The translations under genes and the position numbers were made by a program. From Chlamydiales bacterium (lineage in GTDB: Bacteria; Chlamydiota; Chlamydiia; Chlamydiales; JARBTQ01), in contig JARBTQ010000009.1 in assembly GCA_029240075.1 (NCBI GenBank), positions 2,863 to 66,862 on the forward strand: a stretch of DNA of 64,000 bases. Direction: 5' to 3'. Shown here one piece after another: positions 29,670-39,547 of the stretch. A model generated the notes under the pieces. The model was given only the letters and a program-made list of their open reading frames with translations. It did no database searches and had not been told where the DNA came from. The stretch's first letter is position 1, and each line of letters opens with the position of its first letter.

Positions 29670-31424
29670 TTACATTTTTACAACTGGTCGAATCCCTAAA
29701 ATCTTAAAACCTTGCTCTAGGGTCCGAGCTACTGCTTCGCATAATAAAAGACGACTTTCTTCCTCTAAACTCCCCTCTACACGGCAATCTCGAAAAAAAG
29801 CATGGAATTTTTCAGCTAATGTATATAAATACTCTGTTAGGCGGTGTGGCAGTAGGTCATTTTCGAATACACCTAGGACTTCAATAAATTGTTGAAGATG
29901 CAGACTCAATGCGATTTCAGATGGATGTTGTAGGATGATTTCTCCATGCTGTACAAGAGATTCAACAGCTTTGTTTACTTTTCTTTTAATACCTGCAATA
30001 CGAACGTAAGCATACATGAGAAAACCTGCTGTATTTCCCTCAAAACGTAACATCCGATCATAACTAAAAACGTAATCGCTTATACGGTTACTAGATAAGT
30101 CTGCATACTTAACAGCAGCAATTCCTAAGGATTGCCCTATTGTTCCAAGCTCCTCTTCTGACAAATGGGGGTTCCGTTCATGCAAGATCTCTTTTGCTTT
30201 ATCGATGGCAGTAGTCAGTAGATCGATTAATCTTTCTGTATCACCAGCGCGTGTCTGAAATTTTTTCCCATCAGGGCGAAGAACTAAACCAAATCCAACA
30301 TGATTAAATCTAGTCTGGGTAGGGTCCAGGTAACCTGCTTTTTTACAAACAAACTCGACTAATTGAAAGTGCAAAGATTGTCCAGCATCTGTTGTAATGA
30401 TAATTCGATCAGCCTTTTCGTGTGTAATACGATGACGCATTGCTGCAACGTCTGTAGTATCGTAGTTGTATCCTCCGTCCGCTTTTTGAATCATCAGAGG
30501 CATAGGGAGCCCCTCTCTATTCTGAAATTCCTCACAAAAGATGCATTTCGCGCCATCTGAAATTTCGACTAACCCTTTTTGTGTTAAGTCTTCTACTATA
30601 CCTGGTAGCATAGGATTGTAGAAAGACTCGCCTCGCTCGGTTATAGTTACACCCAATAAATCATAGATCTCCTGATAACCTCTACGTGAAATTTCACAAA
30701 TCATTTCCCACGCTTTACGATATTCAGAATCCCCCCCTTGTAGTTTCACTACAGCTTGGTGAGACTTTTCTTTAAACACAGGATCTGTATCGAGTCTTGC
30801 TTTTGCTTCCTTATACCAACGAACCAGGTCTGGTAAATGAGCGGCTTGTCTTCCATGTAAAACATCTGCGGCCTGCTCTTGCATATAAGCGATTAACATT
30901 CCAAACGGGGTTCCCCAATCGCCTACATGATTAAGGCGTAATACATCATGGCCTAAAAATTCGAACAAACGAGCTAAGCAATCTCCGATAATAGTAGAAC
31001 GTAGGTGACCTACGTGCAATTCTTTTGCTGTATTTGGTGAGGAAAAATCGATGACAACTTTTTGCTTTCTATCTGGAATAGGAATTCCTAGGCGATCATC
31101 AGATAACACCTCAAAAGCACGCTGAGCTAAGTATTTAGAACTTAATGTAATATTAATAAAGCCAGGACCAGCTATCTCAACTTGGCTGATAATTTCACTA
31201 CCACCTGTAAAATGCGGTACGATTTGCTCTGCTATTTTGCGTGGGGGCATGCCTAAAACTTTAGCCAGCTTCATAGCACTATTGTATTGGTAATGCCCAA
31301 ATTGCGGTTGTGTACTTGGAGCAATTTCTAAGTATTGAGAGATTTGACCTTTTGATAATTGAGGAAAAGCTAGCTCAAGAGCCACTGCAAATTTTCTCCC
31401 CAATAGAGTAATCGAACTTTCCAT
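29670..31424 (-). CDS. argS: Arginyl-tRNA synthetase
   Basis: Class I HIGH-type motif PNTAKELHVGHLRSTIIGD and DALR anticodon-binding C-terminus ending in M. ATG at 31424 (MESSITLL...) is preferred over the upstream 31511 start. Confidence 0.93.
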   Translation of the reverse strand: MESSITLLGRKFAVALELAFPQLSKGQISQYLEIAPSTQPQFGHYQYNSAMKLAKVLGMPPRKIAEQIVPHFTGGSEIISQVEIAGPGFINITLSSKYLAQRAFEVLSDDRLGIPIPDRKQKVVIDFSSPNTAKELHVGHLRSTIIGDCLARLFEFLGHDVLRLNHVGDWGTPFGMLIAYMQEQAADVLHGRQAAHLPDLVRWYKEAKARLDTDPVFKEKSHQAVVKLQGGDSEYRKAWEMICEISRRGYQEIYDLLGVTITERGESFYNPMLPGIVEDLTQKGLVEISDGAKCIFCEEFQNREGLPMPLMIQKADGGYNYDTTDVAAMRHRITHEKADRIIITTDAGQSLHFQLVEFVCKKAGYLDPTQTRFNHVGFGLVLRPDGKKFQTRAGDTERLIDLLTTAIDKAKEILHERNPHLSEEELGTIGQSLGIAAVKYADLSSNRISDYVFSYDRMLRFEGNTAGFLMYAYVRIAGIKRKVNKAVESLVQHGEIILQHPSEIALSLHLQQFIEVLGVFENDLLPHRLTEYLYTLAEKFHAFFRDCRVEGSLEEESRLLLCEAVARTLEQGFKILGIRPVVKM

Positions 31425-31874
31425 ATTTTGAAGACAAATGTAATGATTTTTATTCAATTTAAGACAGAAATCTATCATAATCTCTGGTAAGCAAAAAAAA
31501 CAAGAGATCAATTAGACGGGAGAAAAAGGAGAAACAGATCTTCAACAGAGAACCTTATAAGACTCTGATGCAAAATAGTTTCATTAGCTGGTAATCCTCA
31601 TTTGAAAATGAGCAACAAGCTTATTCCAACATCTACTATATCTACAATATTCTACCGTCGAGAAGGCTCAATTCCTTTGATAAAAGGCAGCTTTTTCCTA
31701 AAATAGAATATCTCTTAGTCGTAATCATTAGACCGTATATGCTGCACTTGTTTGGTTATTTTAGAAATCTTTAAAAACCAATGTGCTATAGAGGTCTATT
31801 CACAGCTTTTTAGCTATATAGAAAGCTAAAAAGTAAAGATTACTGGGCATTTTAAACATATGATTGAGGTTATA

Positions 31875-32618
31875 ATGGCAACCACTGTGATTACGGAAGA
31901 TTTAAAACATTCTTTAGAGCAGTATTTAAAGAAACATCGTAAGATCGATTTAGTTAATGTTTATCTTTATTACGTCCAGCAAAGATATGAAGTACACCCT
32001 GTTATCTTTTTAAAAGGTAAAAAAATCTACCTTACAGAAGATGAGATCTTGAAGGAACTCGAAGCTCAAGGACAACTTTGGAGAGAGACTGAGGTTAAAA
32101 TTACATTAGGGCAACCTACTGTTAATGAGCAAACTAAGAAAATTTATATCTGTCCTTTCTGTGGTAAAGTCTTTGGAGACAATACACACCCCAATCCACA
32201 AGATGCCATTTATGATTGGGTATCTAAGTGCCCTGAGAACAAGGAAAAAGTGGGGGGTCTCAAAGTTAAAAGATTTTATGTTTCTGATGATCCAGAAATG
32301 ATTAAAAATTACATCACAGAGCGTAAGGCAACAATCAAAAAAGTTGCTTATTCTTCTGTTCTAAGTGGGAAACTTTTCAATAGCAAAACTGGTGTTATAG
32401 ATGATTTCCGACGAAACCAACTACGTGCCATCTCTTTAGCTGAAGTGCAAAACCAAAATAAATTTGAAATCGCTGATAACTTTTTAGAATTTATACATAA
32501 GCACTTACAAGAAGAAAGAATCACTAGCTTCGTAGAAGCTTTAGCTCAAGACAGTCGCTTCGAGCAATATGTCAACCAGTGGTTTGATGAAGAAGAACAA
32601 CAGAGTAACAACAGCTAG
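31875..32618 (+). CDS. Hypothetical protein with a CxxC...C zinc-ribbon-like element
   Basis: ICPFCGKVFGDNTHPNPQDAIYDWVSKCPEN and an acidic C-terminal tail. ATG 31875 has GAGG upstream. Confidence 0.5.
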   Translation: MATTVITEDLKHSLEQYLKKHRKIDLVNVYLYYVQQRYEVHPVIFLKGKKIYLTEDEILKELEAQGQLWRETEVKITLGQPTVNEQTKKIYICPFCGKVFGDNTHPNPQDAIYDWVSKCPENKEKVGGLKVKRFYVSDDPEMIKNYITERKATIKKVAYSSVLSGKLFNSKTGVIDDFRRNQLRAISLAEVQNQNKFEIADNFLEFIHKHLQEERITSFVEALAQDSRFEQYVNQWFDEEEQQSNNS

Positions 32619-32629
32619 ATAAAACAAAA

Positions 32630-33082
32630 ATGATGAAGAGCCTGCAGCAAATCACCCATTCCGCAGCGGAAACGCAAGCTATAGCTTATGTTATAGGTAA
32701 AAGGTTAAAACCAAACACTGTCATATGCTTCTTTGGGGATTTAGCTGCAGGGAAAACAACTTTCATTCAAGGCCTGGTAAGCTCATTAGTCGATGCATCA
32801 GATGAAATCGTGGTTAATAGCCCTACTTTTTCGTATCTAAATATCTATCCAGGAAAGTTACCTGTATACCACTTTGACCTTTATCGATTGAAAGATGCTG
32901 AGCAATTTTTAGAAGCTGGTTTTGATGAGTATTTTTATGCGGATGGAATTTGTTGTATTGAATGGTCTGAACGAATACAGACAATACTCCCCTCTAGTAT
33001 CTTAAAAGTTTCAATTGAGCATAGAGGTCCTGAACAGCGCCATATTACTATTTCCCCTTGGGAGGAGACACTATTATTATGA
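32630..33082 (+). CDS. tsaE: tRNA t6A37 biosynthesis ATPase TsaE (YjeE)
   Basis: P-loop GDLAAGKTTFIQGL, SPTFSYLNIY, HFDLYRL; 150 aa. Confidence 0.85.
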   Translation: MMKSLQQITHSAAETQAIAYVIGKRLKPNTVICFFGDLAAGKTTFIQGLVSSLVDASDEIVVNSPTFSYLNIYPGKLPVYHFDLYRLKDAEQFLEAGFDEYFYADGICCIEWSERIQTILPSSILKVSIEHRGPEQRHITISPWEETLLL

Positions 33083-33693
33083 AACCACTTACTTTACAAA
33101 AAGCCCGTTTTTTAACGTCCGCTGTTGAACCTAAAGGCTTCCCCTATATCCGAGCAGAAAAAGGGGAGGCTATGCTCGAAATCGCTATCGTTGGTCGCTC
33201 TAACGTGGGGAAGTCATCTCTGATTAACCACCTATTTGGCAATAAAACTCTAGCTAAAACATCTAGCACGCCAGGCAAAACTCAATTAATTAATTTCTTT
33301 GTAGCGGATGAATGCTGTTTATTTGTTGATCTTCCTGGGTATGGATACGCTGCTGTTCCCCTTGAAGTTAAGAAACAATGGGGACCAATGATTGAAAGCT
33401 ACCTTAAAGAACGTCCTTCTTTAAAACTAATCCTTATGCTGTTAGATATCAGACGCATACCTAATGAAGAAGATATACAGCTAGTCGAATGGCTAGAATA
33501 TTACCAGAAAAAAGTTATTTTTGTACTAACTAAGACTGATAAGGTGAATCAAAAAGAAAAGGATACTCATACAAAACAAATTTTCCAAGCCTTGAATTAC
33601 AATGACCCTTGCTACGTCCACTATTCCGCGCTAAAGAATAAGGGTCGCGATCAATTAGTTCGTTTGATAAATTCTAGCCTTGAACTTACTTAA
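33079..33693 (+). CDS. engB: Ribosome-biogenesis GTPase EngB/YihA
   Basis: G1 GRSNVGKSSLIN, TPGKTQ, DLPGYGYA and TKTDK motifs. ATGA overlap with the tsaE stop, with GGAGGAG upstream. Confidence 0.88.
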   Translation: MKPLTLQKARFLTSAVEPKGFPYIRAEKGEAMLEIAIVGRSNVGKSSLINHLFGNKTLAKTSSTPGKTQLINFFVADECCLFVDLPGYGYAAVPLEVKKQWGPMIESYLKERPSLKLILMLLDIRRIPNEEDIQLVEWLEYYQKKVIFVLTKTDKVNQKEKDTHTKQIFQALNYNDPCYVHYSALKNKGRDQLVRLINSSLELT

Positions 33694-33729
33694 TTCCTCA
33701 TCAATAAAAAATAAAAGGTGTAATACCCC

Positions 33730-34479
33730 ATGGGATCTATGCAACAAAGCTCTTTCGTCTGTATCGACTGTGAAACTACTGGTCTTGACCCTGTTAAAGA
33801 TCAAATTATTGAAGTCGCTGCAGCTGTCTTTACTTTAGAAGAGATTACTCATTCTTTCGAGACTCTTGTTGATCCTGGATGCCCTATTCCAACCGAGACA
33901 ATTGCAATACACCATATTACACCTGATATGGTTCAAGGAAAACCCGCTATACGCGATGTACTTCCACAAATTTTAGAAATCATTGGCAACCATACAATCG
34001 TAGGACATGGGGTTGGCTTTGACATAGACATATTAGCAAATGCTGCTAAAAGGCATGATATCCCCTGTAATATTCAAACACGTCCTTATCTAGATACTCT
34101 ACGTATGGCTAGGTTATATGGAAAAAGCCCCTCCAACTCTTTAGAAGTCCTTCGCAAACACTTCAACATAACTGCAGAAGGTGCTCATAGAGCCATGAAT
34201 GATGTAATTGTAAATATTGAGGTCTTCAAATATTTGGCGGTAGATTTTAAAACTACAGAAAAGCTTTTTGAATCATTATCGCGCCCGATTGAATTAAAAA
34301 ACATGCCTTTAGGAAAACATAAAGGACGAGCCTTTAAAGAGTTACCCTTAGATTATCTGAAGTGGGCAGTTAATAAAGACTTCGATCAAGATTTAATCCA
34401 CTCTTTAAAGAGTGAATTGCGCCGCCGTAAGCAGGGGAATACTTTTAACCAGCTCAGCAATCCTTTTAATAATTTGTAA
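33730..34479 (+). CDS. DnaQ-family 3'-5' exonuclease with a C-terminal DUF3820-like extension
   Basis: Exo I FVCIDCETTGL, Exo II VGHGVGFDIDIL and Exo III HRAMNDV. The C-terminal MPLGKHKGRAFKELPLDYLKWAV resembles the exonuclease X / DUF3820 tail. Confidence 0.8.
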   Translation: MGSMQQSSFVCIDCETTGLDPVKDQIIEVAAAVFTLEEITHSFETLVDPGCPIPTETIAIHHITPDMVQGKPAIRDVLPQILEIIGNHTIVGHGVGFDIDILANAAKRHDIPCNIQTRPYLDTLRMARLYGKSPSNSLEVLRKHFNITAEGAHRAMNDVIVNIEVFKYLAVDFKTTEKLFESLSRPIELKNMPLGKHKGRAFKELPLDYLKWAVNKDFDQDLIHSLKSELRRRKQGNTFNQLSNPFNNL

Positions 34480-34551
34480 GAAACTTTGTTGAGCTTATAT
34501 TTATACCAGATATTGGAAAACCAGATCCCTATTTTAAAAATAGGGAAAAAC

Positions 34552-34591
34552 AGAAATAAAAAAGCCTTGAACCTACAAGTAGATTCAAGGC
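34552..34591 (-). terminator. Rho-independent terminator downstream of tRNA-Ser
   Basis: 8-bp stem GCCTTGAA / TTCAAGGC, followed on the minus strand by TTTTTTATTT. Confidence 0.6.
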
Positions 34592-34612
34592 AGAAATTGA
34601 GCCAATAAGGTT

Positions 34613-34699
34613 CGGAAAGAGTGGGATTTGAACCCACGGTACCCGTAAGAGTACGCGTCCTTAGCAGGGACGTGCCTTAGACCACTCAGCCATCTTTCC
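34613..34699 (-). tRNA. tRNA-Ser (anticodon GCU)
   Basis: Manual fold: acceptor GGAAAGA/TCTTTCC, anticodon stem CGTCC/GGACG with loop CTGCTAA, long variable arm, T-arm GTGGG-TTCAAAT-CCCAC, discriminator G. CCA is not encoded. Confidence 0.9.
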
Positions 34700-34752
34700 A
34701 TTTAATTGGCTTCATTCTATTGAAAACGCTACTTTTAGGCAAGGAATAAACG

Positions 34753-35463
34753 ATGACATTGAAAAGAATTAATAAAGCTTTAGCAGAAGCAGGTATTGCC
34801 TCGCGTAGAAGCTGTGATGAAATGGTTTTAAGCGGACGTATTGCCGTTAATGGCCAAGTTGTAACTGAATTACAAACTTTGATCGAAACCGATTCAGACC
34901 AAATTACTGTTGATGGTAGAGATGTTAAGTTTAATCAGCAAAAAGTATACTTTGTACTCAATAAACCAATTGGGTTTCTCTGTTCTAATAAAAGGTTGCA
35001 CCACAATCAGAAACTAGTAATCGATCTATTTGCCAGCATCCCGCATCGCCTATTTACAATTGGACGTTTAGATAAGGACACTCGAGGATTAATAATTGTA
35101 ACCAATGATGGTGACTTTGCACAAAAAGTCATTCACCCATCACGTGGACTACAAAAAGAGTACTTAGTCAAGGTAACACAAGAAATTACAGCTGAGCAAC
35201 TTATTAGAATGTCTCAAGGAATTGTTATAGATAATGTTCCTGTTCGTCCTGTGAAAGTAATTAAAGTTAGGCGTGGTACATTTAAGATTACTGTGTCTGA
35301 GGGGAAAAAGCGGGAAGTTCGCTTGATTGTAGAGGCTGCAGGACTTAAACTAGAATCTTTAACTCGTATAAGAATTGGTAGTTTAGTCCTAGGAAATCTT
35401 CCCATTGGACTTTGGCGCCCTATGACGACTAAAGAGAGGCAAGCGCTCTTACAAGAAAAATAA
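34753..35463 (+). CDS. rluB: Pseudouridine synthase, RsuA/RluB family (S4 domain plus catalytic domain)
   Basis: S4 motif RINKALAEAGIASRR and catalytic GRLDKDTRGLIIVTNDG. Confidence 0.85.
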   Translation: MTLKRINKALAEAGIASRRSCDEMVLSGRIAVNGQVVTELQTLIETDSDQITVDGRDVKFNQQKVYFVLNKPIGFLCSNKRLHHNQKLVIDLFASIPHRLFTIGRLDKDTRGLIIVTNDGDFAQKVIHPSRGLQKEYLVKVTQEITAEQLIRMSQGIVIDNVPVRPVKVIKVRRGTFKITVSEGKKREVRLIVEAAGLKLESLTRIRIGSLVLGNLPIGLWRPMTTKERQALLQEK

Positions 35464-35506
35464 AAATGTAGATCTTAGATTTATTGTGGAACAAAGTAAA
35501 TTCTTT

Positions 35507-36583
35507 ATGAACACCATTTTGATTGTTAAAACATCCGCCCTTGGCGATATCATCCATTGCTTTCCCGTATTGGAGTACCTTCGGCAAAAATATCCAGCTG
35601 CACAAATAGATTGGGTTGTAGAGGAGTCTTTTAAAGATCTAGTTCAAGCTCATCCCTACGTCAATAAGGTTATCGCTATCAATACAAGAAAATGGCGTAA
35701 ATTTGGAAATATTAGAGATAATTGGTCCGCAATAAAGTCTTGCATTCAAACCCTTAGACAAAAACAATATGAACTAGTTATAGACCTCCAAGGGAATATA
35801 AAGTCTGGGATCTTTACATTTCTAGCTAAAGGTCAGGATAAAGTCGGTTTTGGTAGAGAAACTGTTGCAGAACGTCCTAATCTTCTTGTAACGAAGACTC
35901 AGTATAATCCCCCTTTGTACCGCAATATTCGTGAAGATTATCTTTATATTGCCCAAGCCTATCTAAATGACAATTCTCCTTTTACCCCTACGTACCCCCT
36001 ACTTAAAATTGAAGAGCAAGATACACAAGTTATTGAAGTACTTCTATCACACCCTATTTTGCAAGGGAAAAAGAAGTTTTTGGTTTGTCCAGGTTCCCGC
36101 TGGCCAAATAAGCAATTATCTGAAAAAGAGTGGAGGCCTTTTCTAAGCAAACTCACAAAAACCCTCTCCTGCTCTCTACTATTTTTGTGGGGAAACGATG
36201 ATGAAGAATTATTTGCACAACAACTACAAGAACAGTTCCCTACACAAAGTTTAGTACTTCCCTATTTAACCTTACCTGTCTTGCAAAATTTGATGACGGA
36301 AGTCGATCTTGTAATTTCAATGGACTCTATGCCCCTTCATCTATGTGGAACGACCTCAACACCAAGTTTTAGTGTCTTTGGAGCTTCCTCCGCTTCAAAA
36401 TATCAACCCATAGGGCAAAAGCATTATGCGTTACAAGGCAGCTGCCCCTATGGTCAAATGTTTGAAAAACGTTGCCCTAAATTGCGCTCTTGCCCTACTG
36501 GAGCCTGTATTAGGGAAATGCCTTATGATAGACTTTTTGAAGAATTCATTAAGTGGTATGCAACGCTTACCCTAAGTGGTTAA
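35507..36583 (+). CDS. Glycosyltransferase family 9 (LPS heptosyltransferase-like)
   Basis: ILIVKTSALGDIIHCFPVLEYLRQKYPAAQIDWVVEE, typical of WaaC/WaaF-type GT9, plus a C-terminal DSMPLHL motif. The start could be GTG 35486. Confidence 0.8.
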   Translation: MNTILIVKTSALGDIIHCFPVLEYLRQKYPAAQIDWVVEESFKDLVQAHPYVNKVIAINTRKWRKFGNIRDNWSAIKSCIQTLRQKQYELVIDLQGNIKSGIFTFLAKGQDKVGFGRETVAERPNLLVTKTQYNPPLYRNIREDYLYIAQAYLNDNSPFTPTYPLLKIEEQDTQVIEVLLSHPILQGKKKFLVCPGSRWPNKQLSEKEWRPFLSKLTKTLSCSLLFLWGNDDEELFAQQLQEQFPTQSLVLPYLTLPVLQNLMTEVDLVISMDSMPLHLCGTTSTPSFSVFGASSASKYQPIGQKHYALQGSCPYGQMFEKRCPKLRSCPTGACIREMPYDRLFEEFIKWYATLTLSG

Positions 36584-36671
36584 CTCTCTTATATAAAGAG
36601 CTACCAATTGATTTAATAAAGCCAACAAAAAGAGCACTGTAAAAGGTTTAGCTATTAATAAAAGATCTTTC

Positions 36672-36905
36672 TTAGCACTGGAGCGAACCATTTCGTAACT
36701 GCATAGCTGTTTTAGCTCCTTTAGTTAACAGCAACTCTTCTATCTCAAAAACTTCAGCTTTTGTAATAAAGTAGTCATGATTTCTCTTATTCCTTGGAAT
36801 GAAACGCTTCTTTGCCTGCAATAATATATCTAATGCCGTCGAATCGTCAGAATCATGCCTAGAAAGAATGTTTATGTCCGCCCTCTCAAGCTTGAAGTGC
36901 AACAA
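36672..36905 (-). pseudogene. Probable truncated remnant of an ankyrin-repeat effector paralogue
   Basis: The 77-aa ORF has only a TTG start. Its C-terminus LLLTKGAKTAMQ parallels VLICKGAKRAAQ at the end of the 274-aa LRR/ANK protein (41500..42324). DSTALDILLQ is ankyrin-like. Confidence 0.35.
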
Positions 36906-37076
36906 AGCTTTTAAAAATTAAAATGGCCAGAGATGGCTAAGACCGCTATATTTATTTTTACCACAAAATCACTAAGAGGGACTATGCCTAAAGGCTACCA
37001 TCATCTAAAAATCCATTAATGATTTTGTCCGCTACTAACACCACTTTTAAAATTGGTAAATAGCTTTTGAAATATT

Positions 37077-38114
37077 TTAGGATGGTCTAGAAGATTTAGT
37101 AGCTATTGCGAATACCCTTGGTTTCGATACATTAGATAAGCTTTCATCATATTTTTTTAGAATGGAGCAGTAATTGAGATAAGAATCTGCATATCTTGCA
37201 TTAGGACTTATTAAGGGTTCAAAATGGGTCGTTTCTCCTTCCCAACTATCATTAATCAAGACTCGACTAAAAGTCTTTGCAACTTCTACTGCTGACAGCT
37301 TAAATAGTTCTTGCTCCATCTTCCTTTTAAAATACTCTACAACCTCTAAAGAATTTTCTTGGGTCATTATAGCTATTTTTCTCTCCCAAGTAACTTGCAT
37401 ACGATTGAAACGCGCCTCAGCTTCTTTTAGCAAATCCATTTTTGCTACAGAATCAACATATATTTTTAGCTTTTCAAATCCAATCTTGGCTACATAATAG
37501 CTATCCAAATACTCTTGCAATTGCTTTATATTATAACCACTTTTCTTTAAATCATTAGGGTTATGCAAGCTTAAACCAGGTTCTTCCAAAATAGCATGGA
37601 ACATATTCGTTATACAATAGTATTGCTGCTGTGTTTTCTCTGCATCAGCGATATTTATAGTTTGAAGGTATGTACAACTCATAGGTGATGCACAGAATAT
37701 CAGAGAACCACCAGATTTTAATGATGCAAAGGCTTTGCTATAAAAATCATCCGTGAGATGCCCTATACTTATATACTCTAAATAAATAAGTTCCCAAGTA
37801 TTTTTTCTAAAAATGTATTCTAAGACTGAAGGATTATTTAAATCTGCAACTAGATCTGATTCCAATTCGGGACAAATATCAACAGTATACCAGCCCTCAT
37901 GTTTATGTACGACAAAAGAGCCATCAGCTCCTCTGCTATAGTAATCATCTTCTTTTGGCTTATGTCCGCAAGGCATTAATAGTTTCGCCTTAGGAATCTC
38001 CTTGAGATAATTTTCTATGGATAAATTGATTTTGATAATACCCGGTCTAGGTATTTGGTTATCTTCATTATTTCTCTCTACTATTAAATTTGATATTGGC
38101 AACGTATTAATCAT
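37077..38114 (-). CDS. Hypothetical protein, possible Rossmann-like methyltransferase fold in the N-terminal half
   Basis: Order of elements: LLMPCGHKP ... YTVDICPE ... DLVADLNN ... WELIYLEY ... LKSGGSLIF. This loosely follows class I SAM-MTase motifs I/post-I/II/III. The C-terminal half is coiled coil. Weak call. Confidence 0.25.
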   Translation of the reverse strand: MINTLPISNLIVERNNEDNQIPRPGIIKINLSIENYLKEIPKAKLLMPCGHKPKEDDYYSRGADGSFVVHKHEGWYTVDICPELESDLVADLNNPSVLEYIFRKNTWELIYLEYISIGHLTDDFYSKAFASLKSGGSLIFCASPMSCTYLQTINIADAEKTQQQYYCITNMFHAILEEPGLSLHNPNDLKKSGYNIKQLQEYLDSYYVAKIGFEKLKIYVDSVAKMDLLKEAEARFNRMQVTWERKIAIMTQENSLEVVEYFKRKMEQELFKLSAVEVAKTFSRVLINDSWEGETTHFEPLISPNARYADSYLNYCSILKKYDESLSNVSKPRVFAIATKSSRPS

Positions 38115-38336
38115 AGCTCCCCCTCTTCCTGGTGTTTCTAGTAAGTTTGTTAATTTTTCATATATTTAAAATATTGCAAAGTAGCTCTAAAACAAATTTG
38201 ATAAAATAGTTCCAATATATAGGTATGCTTGACAATTTTAGTTTTCTGCTACAATCTACTAAACTAAAGAGTACTTAAAATTGAGTATTGTTTATTATGC
38301 TATAAAATTATATAAAAGCAAAGGGAAGATAAAAAA

Positions 38337-39524
38337 GGCATTGTTGCATAATAGGGCCTAGAAAGAGTGTACATTCTTAAAAATAGAAGAGATCAAAAGA
38401 TCTACGGTCTAGATTATTAATTTGTAGTAACCCATTTTTCTTTGGACATTCCTAAACCAGTCATTTTATTGACTACAAGGCACTTGACACAACACTCCAC
38501 AGACTGTGCTTGCTCATGGCGACTGTACATTTTCTCTGAAGTCAACTGTTTAATACGATACATAGCAGTTTCTGCTAAGGAACCTCTGTGGTATCCTGTG
38601 AGTTTCTCCCAAAGTTTGCGCGCTTGTTCATCATTGCTAAGGCCTATAATTTCCAAAATAGAATCATCCCTTTTCTGAGATGCTATATCTGTAAGGTGAT
38701 TACGTACAGCGGCATGATATGATGGTGGAATCAAAGCTTCAGCTTGTCTTAGTTTAATCTCTTTTCTAAAATATAAAGCATCGTAAGCTCCATCTCCATA
38801 GAATCTCTTAACACTCTTTGGAGTTTTCTTAAGCATTTTTTGACCCGCACGTGAATCTCCTTTTGCATTTGTGGTCATCTCAGCAACAATAATTTCATGG
38901 GAATCTGGATCTATGCCAATATGTAGTTTTCTCCATGTTCTGCGTTTTAATGCTCTATGTTTACGCACTTTCCATGAGATCCCTTATATTACTTTTTATA
39001 GATTGATCTGATAGAGTTTAAGACCTGTCGAATCAAATATGATATCCGTAGGTCTTTTCTGGCTAATTTTAGGTAAACTATCTGCAAGTACCTTAGCTCT
39101 ACGGCAGATCTGAGTGTATGAAGGACATTTTATGTCTAAGTTAAGTAAGCTGATTAAAGAAAATAGGAAACCAACTAGAGCTCTATAAGGCAGTTTAAAA
39201 GTTATTTTGATTAGTAACGCACATAAGATAGCTTGGTCTGAGTAAACCTGTGGTCTACCTGCTTCACAAGTATGATGGGTTGAAAACCAATTGTTAATAC
39301 AATCGGCTGAAAACCAAAAATTGATAATTCTCCTTTGAACTAAGGATGTGTTATGATCAGACTAATTCGTTATACGATATTTATCTTTCATTGGACACTC
39401 TCTTTTTGTGTTTTAGGCGACCTTAGAGTTTGCCCCTCTTTTTTTTATCTCAACATTTTCTGTAAAAATTCAAAAAAAACAGCCATACACATAATTCTTA
39501 TCAGAGTATTTATGCAACAAGGCC
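38337..39524 (-). mobile_element. Decayed IS5-family (IS903-group) insertion sequence, ~1.19 kb
   Basis: Terminal inverted repeats GGCATTGTTGCATAA (left) and GGCCTTGTTGCATAAAT (right, reverse complement) closely resemble the IS903 IR GGCTTTGTTGAATAAAT. The element encloses a transposase reading frame. The flanking 9-mers differ, so no intact target duplication. Confidence 0.8.
38417..39391 (-). pseudogene. IS903-like DDE transposase with three in-frame stop codons
   Basis: A single 325-codon frame: MKDKYRITN*SDHNTSLVQRRIINFWFS...GRPQVYSDQAI...FDSTGLKLYQINL*KVI*GISWKVRKHRALKRRTWRKLH...GDGAYD...SLAETAMYRIK. Stops are TAG 39362-39364 (at the IS903 Trp position), TAA 38996-38998 and TAA 38984-38986. 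Confidence 0.85.
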
Positions 39525-39547
39525 TAGAGTATTCGTAATATACAGCT

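Noticed and set aside
34386-34637. 83-aa minus-strand ORF spanning the tRNA-Ser 3' end, its terminator and the end of the exonuclease gene
   Set aside because: It overlaps a well-folded tRNA and a terminator hairpin, so a coding role is implausible.
38417-39391. Possibility that the split transposase reflects programmed frameshifting or stop-codon recoding
   Set aside because: All parts are in one frame, so no frameshift is needed. The interruptions are three ordinary nonsense codons (TAG, TAA, TAA). One replaces a conserved Trp and two sit inside a small insertion. Simple decay is the economical explanation.
39353-39538. 61-aa plus-strand ORF at the right end of the IS
   Set aside because: It lies within the IS903-like terminal region, antisense to the transposase 5' end. 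The same sequence recurs in the solo IS fragment without a conserved ORF.
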